From a virus (Duplodnaviria; Caudoviricetes), in IMG/VR virus record IMGVR_UViG_3300033062_002302: a stretch of 64,000 nucleotides of DNA. The stretch is one strand, 5' to 3'. The notes below the pieces were generated by a model, which did not search any database, was not told the origin of the DNA, and worked only from the letters and a program-made list of their open reading frames with translations. The translations under genes were made by a program, and so were the position numbers. Of the stretch, positions 19,970-30,528 are shown one piece after another; the first letter of the stretch is position 1; every line of letters starts with the position of its first letter.

Positions 19970-20319
19970 TAAATGAACCAGAGCATCGATTTCTCTGGTT
20001 CTTGGTCAAGACATTGGGGAAGATGCCTGATGATCCTGCACTAGAAAACATGAATCCGGTTTTAAAGCTATGGATGTTTGAAAACTGGCTTGAAGATCAA
20101 AATGATGATATTGAATTAGTCAAAAATCACGCATATCTAATAGGATCCTTTATTAATCCAGAAGCGGTTCGACAACTCACGGGTCAGGATGGAAATACTC
20201 ATTCTTTGAGCGATGAGGAATTTGATAAATCACTTGAATTAGTTAAGCAAGATAGAGACAAAAATTCAGGGAGAAGAAGACGGCGAAGAAAAGTTAAAGA
20301 AGTTCAAGAGAAGGTTTAA
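19960..20319 (+). CDS. -1 frameshift extension of tail assembly chaperone (gpGT-like)
   Basis: The -1 frame is open from the A7 run at 19960 (KKIINEPEHRFLWFLVKTLGKMPDD...) to 20319; the called TTG start at 20002 has no RBS. Confidence 0.8.
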   Translation, partial: KKIINEPEHRFLWFLVKTLGKMPDDPALENMNPVLKLWMFENWLEDQNDDIELVKNHAYLIGSFINPEAVRQLTGQDGNTHSLSDEEFDKSLELVKQDRDKNSGRRRRRRKVKEVQEKV

Positions 20320-20322
20320 TTT

Positions 20323-22464
20323 ATGGCAGACGAAACAATATTACCATCAGTGTCAGATACTGAAGCTATAACGCAATCTGTTACGCAGACAGGTGCAGCC
20401 GTTGATAAATTAACTGCTTCTAATTTAGCCGCCGTTGATGCCAATAATAGACATTCTAGTTCTGTAATTGATAATATAGCTCAGCAAGGCAAAGCTATTT
20501 TTTCTTCTAAATTATTAAAAGATAATTTTGATTTGTTGGCTCAAGCAGCATTAGGGGCATCAAGCGCTTTTAACAATTTTAGTAGTTCAATGGATCAAAC
20601 TCAAGGGTTTGAAACTCAAGCTGCTAGAGTTGTTGATTTGATTAATAATAATAAATTGTTGGGAACCTCTTTAAGAGAAGTTGCTGGCAGTTTAGGAATG
20701 AAAGACGTTCTATCTGCAACGACGGCAGGATTAACTGCATTTATTATGGAGACGGCTAAAGGAGCCGATCAATCTCTTAGATTACAAAAAGGCTATACTA
20801 GTCTTATGGGAGAAACTGGTAATTTAGGCTCTTTTTATGATAAAGCGGGCGATCATTTAAAACATATGAATGATATGATGTTAACTCAAAATGAGTTAAT
20901 TAATAGAATCTCTGGTTCAACTGGTGCGACCAAAGAGCAGGTTTCTGGATTTTATCAATTGCTTGGAACGAGTCTTCCGACTTCATTAACTCAAGGAAGC
21001 TCAGCAGTTGATAGTCAAGCTAAATCATTTAATACTTTGAAAGACGCGATGGATCTGGCTGCTGGAACAGGGCGTACTGTTAATGATGTTATCGGCTCAA
21101 TGAAAAAAGGTTTTGAGGCTTATGGTGTTGAAGGTGAAAAGGCTTTAATTTTTACTTCTAGAATGTCTCAATTAAACAATGATTTCCATATACCATTAGA
21201 ATATACTCGAAAGTTTTTATATGCTAATGCTGAATCATTTAAAATGCTTTCGAGTCAAGTTGATAATTCTAATGATTCTTTTAGTCGTTGGTTTGGCTCT
21301 TTGCAGGGAACTGGTCTTAGTGCTAAAAATTCTGTTGAGGTCATTGAGGGAATGACAAAAGGGCTTGCGGGCTTAACGGTAGCTCAGAAAGCATTTTTAT
21401 CAGCTCAAACTGGTGGTCCAGGTGGATTACGTGGAGCTTTGCAAATCGAAGGCTTGATTCGTGACGGCAAAATTGATGAAGTTTTACAGAAGACAGAGCA
21501 AGTTTTAAAGAAGCAATTTGGCGGTAAGATCTACAGCCAGGCAGAAGGTCAAGAAAGCGAATTTGCGGCAGCGCAGTTTATTCGTCAACGTCAGATGATT
21601 ACGAGCGGTGCATTTGGAATTAAGGCTGACGAAGGTCAAGCGACCAGAATTCTTGAAGCTTTTAAAACAGGAAAGCCTGCTGCCGCAGAATTACGCGGTA
21701 AAGATAATGATGGAGGCTTAAGCGATTTCAGGAATAAGGGAGAAGAACAGCAAAAGTCTTCATCAACTTATTTTTCTACGTTAATCAATCAAGCTGATCG
21801 TCAACTAGCGTTAAGTTCTAAGTCTAGCATTGATACAATTCAACAATTAGTTGGAATTAATGAAAATACAAAAAATCCTAATATTAAAAATTTAGTTGGA
21901 GATTATAGAAAAGAATCAAATGAAAAAATGTTAATGACGGGAGCTGTTGCTCAAGCTCCTGGGACGCCTAAAGGTTTTGCTCAAGAATTAGCAATTGATA
22001 ACATGAAAGATGGCATTAATTCTCTTAAAGCTATTCCTGGAATGAAAGAGATAGCCGAATCTCTTGAAAAGAGATTTAAGTCAGACAATCCAAGCGTTCG
22101 TCAAGGCGCTTTTAATGAATATCAAAAAATTAAAAATACTAGAAACTTTGAGAATGCTAAAAATCAAACAGATTTTGATCAAGAGCAAATGAGGCGTGAG
22201 CGAGAAGCAAATAAAGCTAGAGATTTATCTTCTTATACTTCAAAAGGAGGCGCGACCAATCGCGTTGTTGCTCAGTCTCTTAATAATTCGAAACCAAAAG
22301 AAGAGCAATCAGCAAATCAAGATTCTTTTAATGAAAAAGGAAAAGTAAATACATCAAAAGTAGAAGTGACCTTTAAAGGTCTTTGTGTTAATTGCGCTCA
22401 ACCTGTTCAGCCAGATTCTGACATTGGCGCTATCACTAGTGGAACCGCAGGGCAATCTCAATAA
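20323..22464 (+). CDS. Tape measure protein
   Basis: Follows the chaperone pair; Ala/Gly/Ser/Gln-rich, helical character, 713 aa. Confidence 0.75.
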   Translation: MADETILPSVSDTEAITQSVTQTGAAVDKLTASNLAAVDANNRHSSSVIDNIAQQGKAIFSSKLLKDNFDLLAQAALGASSAFNNFSSSMDQTQGFETQAARVVDLINNNKLLGTSLREVAGSLGMKDVLSATTAGLTAFIMETAKGADQSLRLQKGYTSLMGETGNLGSFYDKAGDHLKHMNDMMLTQNELINRISGSTGATKEQVSGFYQLLGTSLPTSLTQGSSAVDSQAKSFNTLKDAMDLAAGTGRTVNDVIGSMKKGFEAYGVEGEKALIFTSRMSQLNNDFHIPLEYTRKFLYANAESFKMLSSQVDNSNDSFSRWFGSLQGTGLSAKNSVEVIEGMTKGLAGLTVAQKAFLSAQTGGPGGLRGALQIEGLIRDGKIDEVLQKTEQVLKKQFGGKIYSQAEGQESEFAAAQFIRQRQMITSGAFGIKADEGQATRILEAFKTGKPAAAELRGKDNDGGLSDFRNKGEEQQKSSSTYFSTLINQADRQLALSSKSSIDTIQQLVGINENTKNPNIKNLVGDYRKESNEKMLMTGAVAQAPGTPKGFAQELAIDNMKDGINSLKAIPGMKEIAESLEKRFKSDNPSVRQGAFNEYQKIKNTRNFENAKNQTDFDQEQMRREREANKARDLSSYTSKGGATNRVVAQSLNNSKPKEEQSANQDSFNEKGKVNTSKVEVTFKGLCVNCAQPVQPDSDIGAITSGTAGQSQ

Positions 22465-22473
22465 AGGATCATT

Positions 22474-23331
22474 ATGGCTAGTTTTCTCGATAATTTAGAT
22501 TCTGTTGTTGTTGATGCCGCAGGTAATACTATTGATTTTTTAAAAGATAGCACTACTCCAAATAATAATTTTAATCAAGACGGATTTATGGTACCAACAA
22601 GTCCAACGTCAGATGGGAATGGCTTACCTTCCAGTAAAGTTCCAAGTAATAGAATTGCAACACCAAAAAGAAGTTTAATTCATTGGTTCATTCCAGAATT
22701 TGGGGTTGTTAAAATGTATGTCAATCCTTCTGAAGTTATCTATAATAAAAAGAAGCAAATAAATAAAGAAAGAACCAAAGGTGGCTATAGTTTGCAGTAT
22801 TGGGGAGAGGAGCTAGAAACAATATCGATTAGAGGAAATACTGGTAGTTCTGGAATTGAGGGAATGAATGTTCTTGAAGAGATTTATAGAGCAGAACAAT
22901 TTTCATTTGATTCTATTGGATTAACTCTTGCTTCTGATAATGCAGCTCAAGGTCTTGCTTCTAATTTTGTTAGTAAAATTACTGATAAAGTTGCTAATAA
23001 AGTTGGAGTTAATGTATTAGGGGGAATTTTAGGACCAGAGCTTGGAAATACGGCTCTGGCGGCTCGCAATATTCCTTCTCTCGCTCAATTTGCTTTTAGC
23101 GTCGAGATGTTTTATCAAGGCTGGGTTTATAGAGGTTTTTTTGAATCTCTGCAAATAACAGAGTCTATTTCTAATTTGGGTCTTTTTGAGTATTCAATAA
23201 ATTTTACGGCAACTCAGAGAAGAGGATATAGAACTAACTATATGCCGTGGCATAAATCAGCAATAGATGGACCTTCCAATAATATTGATCCTAGTCCAAT
23301 TCCAAAAAGTTTTTTAAAACTAGATCGTTAA
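22474..23331 (+). CDS. Baseplate/tube initiator protein
   Basis: After TMP; YVNPSEV...KERTKGG...WGEELETISIRG and YRGFFESLQITES...FEYSINF tube-like fold patterns. Confidence 0.6.
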   Translation: MASFLDNLDSVVVDAAGNTIDFLKDSTTPNNNFNQDGFMVPTSPTSDGNGLPSSKVPSNRIATPKRSLIHWFIPEFGVVKMYVNPSEVIYNKKKQINKERTKGGYSLQYWGEELETISIRGNTGSSGIEGMNVLEEIYRAEQFSFDSIGLTLASDNAAQGLASNFVSKITDKVANKVGVNVLGGILGPELGNTALAARNIPSLAQFAFSVEMFYQGWVYRGFFESLQITESISNLGLFEYSINFTATQRRGYRTNYMPWHKSAIDGPSNNIDPSPIPKSFLKLDR

Positions 23332-23332
23332 T

Positions 23333-26300
23333 ATGGCAGCAAACGAATTTTTATCAAATTTAGCAGACGCAATCGAAGATCAATTTAGTCTTGGAGAAAA
23401 TTCCACTCGTTCTTTAAAGCTAGGTAATTTTGCCAAACAGATCGATCAAACTGCTCAGCGTAAATACGTTGAACAAGGCTATCTAAGATTAGACCCTTAT
23501 AATGCTTCTCCTAAACAATTTGAAATTCTAACTCAAGAGCCGGACTTAACTGTTTTAGTTAAGAAACGGGCTTTTGCTAGTTTGAGTGAAAATTTTCGTC
23601 TTGACCATATGGATAAAGATGAAAAGCTTTTCTATAAAGCGACCAAAATTTTATTTCAAAATAAATGCAAGCAAATTGCAGTCATGGAAAAGCTTTCTAA
23701 GATTGAAGGCGTTTCCAATAAAACTGGTCAGTTGGCAACTCAATTACTACCAATTATAATTAGCTTAGTGGATAGTTTAAGCCTTCGAACAACGGCAGAA
23801 GTTGCAGCTTCTGAAATTCTGAGTGGCAATTCTGGTTCCGGAATGGAACGCGACCTTGGAAAATTAAAGAATGTTATTGATAAGGTTCGTCGAGTCTATC
23901 AGTATAGTAATGATGCTAAATATACGGAATGGGTTTCTTCTGTTGGAACATTATCTTCGACTCTTTATGGTCAAGGAACTGGAGTTATTGAATTAAACAA
24001 TGTTACAGGAATTTCAACGAGTTTATCTGTTGGAAGTGGTGGAAGCATTGGAGGCGGAACTTTTAGCCTTAGCATTGTTGATCCTTATAATTTAATGACA
24101 ATTACTCAATATGACATTGAGAAAGCATTGTCTGACGCCACCAATTCAAATTATAATAAAAAATTATTTCAGTTTACTGAAGAGAACCTTCAATCTTCTA
24201 TTGAAACTGCTAAAAAGAAATTAAATGATAAAAGAAGACAGCGTGGTGTTAGCGCCATTGAATTTATTGTTAGCCCAGACACTTTATTAAGCAAAAGAGT
24301 TAGAGCTATTATTGAAGCTAACGCTGTTGACATTAACTTTACTTATCAACCAGCTGCTGGCTTAGCTGGTATCGCGCCAGGTCTTGGCGGGGTCACTATC
24401 TCTCAAGAGCATTTGAAAGGAGGTCCTGAGGTTGGTCTGGAAGGACTAGACACATCTGAGAGTGTATTTACTAATAACTTAGAAACTGATGTTACAATTA
24501 GAAGAATGGATTCAGAATCTGAATCGAGTCTTTTTTCAAATATCATTAGTAAAATTTTTAATTTATTAGAATTGAAAGTTAATTCAAGATCTATTACTAA
24601 ACAAAATAATAAATTAACTAATTATGCTAGAAAAAAATTAAATTTTCATTATAATGGTAAATTGATTATTCAATCAATGGATCAAGTTCATATTTATATT
24701 AATTCTAAAGCAAGAACGGATAGTAAATTACTTGGTGGTTTACAGTCAGCCTTTACAGGATATGGAGCTATTAAAGGAATTAATAATGGTATAGCGGATA
24801 TTAGAAATCAATTTAAGAGCCTTTTTAATCCATCTGATAGCGCTAATTTTCAGACAGAAAAAGCCGTCTTTGTTGGAAGTGATTTTCCAAATTGGCTTTG
24901 GACTATTTTAAGAAATCAATTTGTTAATGATACCTCTGGAACTCATGTTTTTGGTGGAGTTGTTGAAAATTCGACAAGTGATTGCAATGCAGGGCTCTAT
25001 AATGTTAATATTACTGGAAAAGATAATAGTTATTATCTTCAAATGGGTAAAGTTAATTTAAAGCCTTCCGTCTCTGTTTTTAACGGACCTTTACTTGATC
25101 CTTTGACTCCATTAAAAACAAAATTTGATACTATTTCAAGCAATTTTAAAAATAACAATCCGGATTTATTAGATGAAAATAAACAATTATTACAATCTTC
25201 ATTTGCTAGATTTAAAGCTGGTAAAGATTCTGGTAGAAAAGTAACAGAAGCGAATATTATACAAGATCATGAAATTCAAAGAAGCTCTGGAGTTATACGT
25301 AAGGTTATGTATTCTCCGGATGGATTTACTTATCGATGGAAAGAAGGAATCGGGACTTACGTTCAATTTAGCAATGCTTTCGATGTAGCAACAGATAATA
25401 ATGTAGGCAATCCAGCAGTAACTAAAGATCCATTTGCTGGTCAAGATGTTATGAACGTCATTTCTTTAGCAGTAACTGGAATTCCATATAATTATGCCAC
25501 TTTTTATAAGGCGGCTAGGGATTCTAATGGTTTTGGTCGAGACCCACAAACGAATGAAGATTCTGCTCGTTCTTTTTATAAATCATTAACGACTGATTTA
25601 AAAAAGAATAATCTTTTATGGGGCAATTTCATTCCATTTAAAAATTTAGTAATGGATGAAGAAGCTTTTAAGAAAGTTTTAAATAGCCAAGCTAATATTA
25701 CAGATAAGAGTGAAAAAATTGATCGTAAACTATTAGAAATTAGGACTCTAGTTGATGCTTTGGCTGTAAAAAAAGTTCGTGGCGAAAATGTTCAGGACCC
25801 CGCGAATACTCTTGCTTCAAATAAAATTGCAAAATTAAAAGAAGAAATTAATAACCTTCAATTTGGAATTGTCAGTGAATTATCTAGTACAAACGCCTTA
25901 AATATTATAGGTAATGAAGTGTCTTTTGATTATGATACATTCTTAAATACAGACGCTAGTAATAAAGCAAGTCTTTCTAATCCTAATTTAAGGAATGAAT
26001 TAAGAAGAAAAGTTAATTTTTTAACTCGTCGTTTAACTTGGCAAGTACGAGGAAATGATGATAAGAATTATTTAATTGTAGATGATTCATACGATAAAGA
26101 TTATGATATTATGGCTTTTGAAAAAGCTTTAAACGGTCCTGAGGGGATGCAGCTTTTTAATAGTGATTATACTGATGTTAAAGGTAAGATTGAAATTGTT
26201 GCCAAACTTTTAAATCTAGAAGTTTTCTGTGATACTCAAGGTCATATTAGAGTTCGTCCCCCACAATATAATAGAATTCCAAGTTCTATTTTTTATAGAC

Positions 26301-28201
26301 TCCTTCAGTTAAAGAAAACATCTGGGATTCAGTTATTTCCTCAATTTATTGAAGATTTATTTGAAGATCAAATTTCATCGCTGCTTCAAAGAATTGAAAT
26401 TATTGAACAACAGATTCGATTAGATGCAATTCTCCTAGGACAAGTTACAGATGATGCTGCAACGATTCTTATTCGTGGAACTGAATTTTATTCTTCTGCT
26501 CAAGGAGATACAGAGTTCTCTTTCATCTCTAATTCTAATGGAGATATTGTTGAAATGCAAGGGGTTTTGAATAAGGAGCCAGACAAAGCTCAAAATAGTG
26601 CTTTTGTAAATACTCTTGCGGCAACTAATAATTTAATACAAAAACAAAGTGCTATTAAATCGGCATTTAATGCTAATGATAGGTCTAAATATCTTTTAGA
26701 TAATCTTAATTCTTCTCTTTCTTTACCGGAGAGTGCTAATACAGTTGAAACCAATACACTTATTAATAAAATTAAAGAATCAATTTATATTAAAAGTGGT
26801 CAACAGGTCAAAATAGATAATTTTTATAGCGTTACTGGGGATGTAGCCCGTGGCGCTTATAACAAAGTTGATATTTTTAAAGTCAGTAAGGATTTAGGAG
26901 ATAAAGTTGCTGAGCGGCAGCGAGTAATCAAATTGGCAGCAAGCGCATTGAAAAATGCTAAAGAGGCAGTTAGCTTAGATGACAACAGTTTAACAGGGAC
27001 CAAATTGTTGGTTCCGGATATCGCTAAAAATTCTAATATTCCTGAAGTCTTTGCCAATATGCTTGAAGATGAGAGTTATGATGATTATGGTCCAGGCTCG
27101 GGGTCTCGATACATCATTAAAAATTATCAAATTAAGAATCTATCTATTACAGAAACTCCTCCTAGTTTCAATGCGGTTCAAGTTAAAGGACAACTAAATC
27201 CTTATGATTCAAATGAGGATGCGGGTGTTCCTAACGTCAGTTTCTTTGGAGATGGTCAAGGTGGAAATCCATTAGTGACTGCCGCTGCTGTTGATTATGA
27301 TTCTTGGCGAATGTATGGGTTTCGTCTTGCTCAACCAATTCCCGCTCCATTCTTAACAGATGCCCAATCTCAATCTGCTCCATTTGCAGCGACTTTATTA
27401 AGTCGGGCACGGCAAGATATTCTTCAGGGAAGATTGGTTATTGCTGGAAATGAATTCATGCAGCCCGGAGATGTTATTTATATAGAAGATAAAAATCTAT
27501 TATTCTATGTTGAAACGGTTACTCATTCATTTCAATATTCTTCAAGCTTTACAACAACTTTAACTCTTAAGTATGGACATTCTCCTGGAGAATATATTCC
27601 AACGACTCTTGATATTATGGGTAAGCTTCTTTATAATAATAGAGATTCATCTTCTCTTGTTAATATGAGACAAGATAATTCAGCTAATCAATTGCCAATT
27701 GGAACAATTGTAATTGATCGTCGAGGTTCGAGCTTTTCTTTAGACATTTCAAACTCTGTTATTAATGGTTCTTATGGCGAACATAATATTAAAGTTATTA
27801 ATGATATGTTGTATACGACTTTTTATTCAATCAATTCAAATACAGATACTGACACAAATGTTAAATCTAAAATAGAATTAAGAATATTTCATAATGGCGC
27901 TCCTGATAATAGCTTATCTCAAGCGGCAGCATATGTTAGATCTATAATGATTGGAAGCGTAATTCCAGAAGCGAAGAGCGCTTTAAATAAAAATAATTTA
28001 AAGCTCAAATATGATGATATCGAGATTGTTTTTATAGATACGACCAATCAATCTCAGCCTCGCTCTCCATCTCAAAAATCAGTAGATATGGTTAGAAATG
28101 TTTTGGCAACTGCTTCTAATCAATCAGGAACAGGCAAGTCTTTAAATACAGTTCTTTATAGTTATATTATTGATTGCTGGTTGGTTAATAAAAAATCATG
28201 A
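23333..28201 (+). CDS. Baseplate hub protein (gp27/gpD-like) with large insertions
   Basis: EVFCDTQGHIRVRPP and GNEFMQPGDVIYIE...FYVETVTHSF...FTTTLTL hub signatures; precedes spike. Confidence 0.7.
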   Translation: MAANEFLSNLADAIEDQFSLGENSTRSLKLGNFAKQIDQTAQRKYVEQGYLRLDPYNASPKQFEILTQEPDLTVLVKKRAFASLSENFRLDHMDKDEKLFYKATKILFQNKCKQIAVMEKLSKIEGVSNKTGQLATQLLPIIISLVDSLSLRTTAEVAASEILSGNSGSGMERDLGKLKNVIDKVRRVYQYSNDAKYTEWVSSVGTLSSTLYGQGTGVIELNNVTGISTSLSVGSGGSIGGGTFSLSIVDPYNLMTITQYDIEKALSDATNSNYNKKLFQFTEENLQSSIETAKKKLNDKRRQRGVSAIEFIVSPDTLLSKRVRAIIEANAVDINFTYQPAAGLAGIAPGLGGVTISQEHLKGGPEVGLEGLDTSESVFTNNLETDVTIRRMDSESESSLFSNIISKIFNLLELKVNSRSITKQNNKLTNYARKKLNFHYNGKLIIQSMDQVHIYINSKARTDSKLLGGLQSAFTGYGAIKGINNGIADIRNQFKSLFNPSDSANFQTEKAVFVGSDFPNWLWTILRNQFVNDTSGTHVFGGVVENSTSDCNAGLYNVNITGKDNSYYLQMGKVNLKPSVSVFNGPLLDPLTPLKTKFDTISSNFKNNNPDLLDENKQLLQSSFARFKAGKDSGRKVTEANIIQDHEIQRSSGVIRKVMYSPDGFTYRWKEGIGTYVQFSNAFDVATDNNVGNPAVTKDPFAGQDVMNVISLAVTGIPYNYATFYKAARDSNGFGRDPQTNEDSARSFYKSLTTDLKKNNLLWGNFIPFKNLVMDEEAFKKVLNSQANITDKSEKIDRKLLEIRTLVDALAVKKVRGENVQDPANTLASNKIAKLKEEINNLQFGIVSELSSTNALNIIGNEVSFDYDTFLNTDASNKASLSNPNLRNELRRKVNFLTRRLTWQVRGNDDKNYLIVDDSYDKDYDIMAFEKALNGPEGMQLFNSDYTDVKGKIEIVAKLLNLEVFCDTQGHIRVRPPQYNRIPSSIFYRLLQLKKTSGIQLFPQFIEDLFEDQISSLLQRIEIIEQQIRLDAILLGQVTDDAATILIRGTEFYSSAQGDTEFSFISNSNGDIVEMQGVLNKEPDKAQNSAFVNTLAATNNLIQKQSAIKSAFNANDRSKYLLDNLNSSLSLPESANTVETNTLINKIKESIYIKSGQQVKIDNFYSVTGDVARGAYNKVDIFKVSKDLGDKVAERQRVIKLAASALKNAKEAVSLDDNSLTGTKLLVPDIAKNSNIPEVFANMLEDESYDDYGPGSGSRYIIKNYQIKNLSITETPPSFNAVQVKGQLNPYDSNEDAGVPNVSFFGDGQGGNPLVTAAAVDYDSWRMYGFRLAQPIPAPFLTDAQSQSAPFAATLLSRARQDILQGRLVIAGNEFMQPGDVIYIEDKNLLFYVETVTHSFQYSSSFTTTLTLKYGHSPGEYIPTTLDIMGKLLYNNRDSSSLVNMRQDNSANQLPIGTIVIDRRGSSFSLDISNSVINGSYGEHNIKVINDMLYTTFYSINSNTDTDTNVKSKIELRIFHNGAPDNSLSQAAAYVRSIMIGSVIPEAKSALNKNNLKLKYDDIEIVFIDTTNQSQPRSPSQKSVDMVRNVLATASNQSGTGKSLNTVLYSYIIDCWLVNKKS

Positions 28202-30144
28202 TTCCCATTAAATATAATGTAAAAACGCCATTTGGACAATTAAGATTAGGAAAAATCTCTTCTTATGACTTGTCGCGTGGCATTGCTAAAGTAGAGCTTT
28301 CTAATAGTGATGAAATTGGCGGTAGTCCACTTATTGTCAACATTCCTATTCCAAACGGCTTCTTTTCTAATGATGGTATTTTTATTGGATCCTCTGTTAA
28401 AGTCAATACTCCTATTGTGGTTGGAAGGGGAGAGTCAACTAATTGGTATTTCGTTTCATTTGTTATTAGCGATCCTAATCGACTTCCTTCTTTAAAAGAA
28501 GGTGAGCTTTTACTGCAAACGTCTGATACAAATAAAATTCTATTAGATAAAAATAATAGCTTAATTAATATTGGATCCGATCTAAATTTATTAAGTGTTA
28601 ATTCAAAGAAAAAATCCATTAGTTCAACTTCAGATAATTTTTATCATTTTGGAGAAGATTCTAGAAACATTTCAGGAATTATCAAGCGAGATCAAAAGCC
28701 TGCGAAAGATTTTCCAGATTCATTAAAATTATCATCTGATAATTATGATAGCACGCTTTATGAAATTTCATTAGATCCAACCAGCACAACTTCATTGTCT
28801 TTCTCTGGAGGAAGAGCTAAGAACCCGCCTTTCATTGAAAAACGAGAGATCGTTTATGAATTTGCTTATTCTTATAATGTTAAAGATGATTTGACGGAGT
28901 CTCAATTTTATCAGAATGCTGGTGTAAAAAACGAAAAGCCACTATCTTCTAGAAAAGCAAGCAAAGCCGATACTTTAAGTTTAGGATTAAATGATCCTAA
29001 TTATTTAATGGAAACGGTTAAAGGAACGGTTGTTGATATCTTTGGAAAAATCTTAGATATAAACAGATTTCCAATACCCATTGGCTCAAAAGATTTAACT
29101 TTGAAAGTAGATGAAAGTGGCAACATTAAAGATAATGTCTTTAATAATATTAAAGAAAAAGAAAGAAAAAGCCTTGCTTATCATTTTGAAATTAATGCTC
29201 GTAAAGATTTGACTGGTAAAAATGGGCAAATAAAATTACCTGACATTACTTCTAAAGTAAATTATGCTAAGGAAAGAAGCAGATTCTTTTTAGATATTGA
29301 TAAAGAGGGACAATTTAAAGTTAATGTTCCGGCGTCTAGTGAAACTGGCAACATTTCATTGCTAACTCGATACGAAAATTTTTCAACCTTTAAATCAGAG
29401 AATGAAGTTAATTCAGACAAGGTTGATATTTTTCAAGATTCATTTGCTATCGGAGATATTACAATCAATGGCGAGACCGGAGTTAATACGCCAAAGGATA
29501 GAATAGATGGAGATCATATTAAGCACGGAACTGCTTATCATTCTATTTCTAATTCTTTTGAAACCTACGCTCCAGCAACCTCAAGTTTATATTTAGACTT
29601 TCAATATGAAGAAAGTATTAATTTATTAGGTCTTCCTAAAATTGCCAATATTGTTTCTCCCGTTATTACAACCGAAGGTCCTAATGCTAATGGCGGCGGA
29701 CGAAGTGGAAGCCTGAGCTTTGATGGTTCTCTAGAATTCAACGTTGGAGCTAATACTATAGATAGACAATCTATTTGGCTAGATACTGCTGGTAGTATTA
29801 TTGGAATGGTTGGTCGAGATAAAAACAATATAAGTGCAGCATGGTCTCTTGATGGAGATTTAATCGTTCAAATTGGTGGAAAAGGAATTTCGGAAGATTC
29901 TAGATTTAATAAATTAAACAATCAGCATAGAGCAGGAGTCCTTGATATTCGAGTTATTAACTCTGGCTCTAACGTATCAATAATTAGAATTGATGATACT
30001 GGAGTAATTGTTGCTACTCCGGGCTCATTATCTGTCAAGGCTAGAGATATAAATATAAGCGCAACAGGACAATTGATTTTAGAAGGAGATAGAGTTTCTA
30101 TCAATCAACGAGAAGTTCTAAAGTTTCCAGCCCCGTCAATTTAA
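28198..30144 (+). CDS. Baseplate central spike (gp5/gpV-like)
   Basis: N-terminal OB-fold-like GKISSYDLSRGIAKVEL; C-terminal beta-strand repeats GSLSVKARDINISATGQLILEGDRVSIN. Confidence 0.65.
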   Translation: MIPIKYNVKTPFGQLRLGKISSYDLSRGIAKVELSNSDEIGGSPLIVNIPIPNGFFSNDGIFIGSSVKVNTPIVVGRGESTNWYFVSFVISDPNRLPSLKEGELLLQTSDTNKILLDKNNSLINIGSDLNLLSVNSKKKSISSTSDNFYHFGEDSRNISGIIKRDQKPAKDFPDSLKLSSDNYDSTLYEISLDPTSTTSLSFSGGRAKNPPFIEKREIVYEFAYSYNVKDDLTESQFYQNAGVKNEKPLSSRKASKADTLSLGLNDPNYLMETVKGTVVDIFGKILDINRFPIPIGSKDLTLKVDESGNIKDNVFNNIKEKERKSLAYHFEINARKDLTGKNGQIKLPDITSKVNYAKERSRFFLDIDKEGQFKVNVPASSETGNISLLTRYENFSTFKSENEVNSDKVDIFQDSFAIGDITINGETGVNTPKDRIDGDHIKHGTAYHSISNSFETYAPATSSLYLDFQYEESINLLGLPKIANIVSPVITTEGPNANGGGRSGSLSFDGSLEFNVGANTIDRQSIWLDTAGSIIGMVGRDKNNISAAWSLDGDLIVQIGGKGISEDSRFNKLNNQHRAGVLDIRVINSGSNVSIIRIDDTGVIVATPGSLSVKARDINISATGQLILEGDRVSINQREVLKFPAPSI

Positions 30145-30152
30145 AGGATAAT

Positions 30153-30503
30153 ATGAAAAAATTAAGCAAAATAACCTATGATCGATTACTTGCTCAAGCC
30201 GAAGAAGCTAAAGAGCTAGGATTTGATTATCTTGAAGAAGGAATAATTTCATCTATTGGAGATGAACCGACTGAAAATCAAGAGACTTATTCTTCTCTTC
30301 AATTAGATAAAGATATTTATAATGATCTTTGGAAAATTGCAGTCAACGTTATTGCTTATCATGGAGCTAAGGTAGTAGACGCTTCTAAAGTAGATGATGT
30401 TATTTCAAAATTAGCCGAAACAGTTCTTTCTGAACTAGAAGCTTCTTTAGGCAAAGAAAATGAGATAAGTCCTCAGGAACCAAAGCTTCCAGGTCAAAAA
30501 TAA
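30153..30503 (+). CDS. Hypothetical acidic protein
   Basis: 116 aa ORF with AAGGA RBS, tightly packed. Confidence 0.6.
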   Translation: MKKLSKITYDRLLAQAEEAKELGFDYLEEGIISSIGDEPTENQETYSSLQLDKDIYNDLWKIAVNVIAYHGAKVVDASKVDDVISKLAETVLSELEASLGKENEISPQEPKLPGQK

Positions 30504-30528
30504 AGATATTGATATATAAACAATTAGA

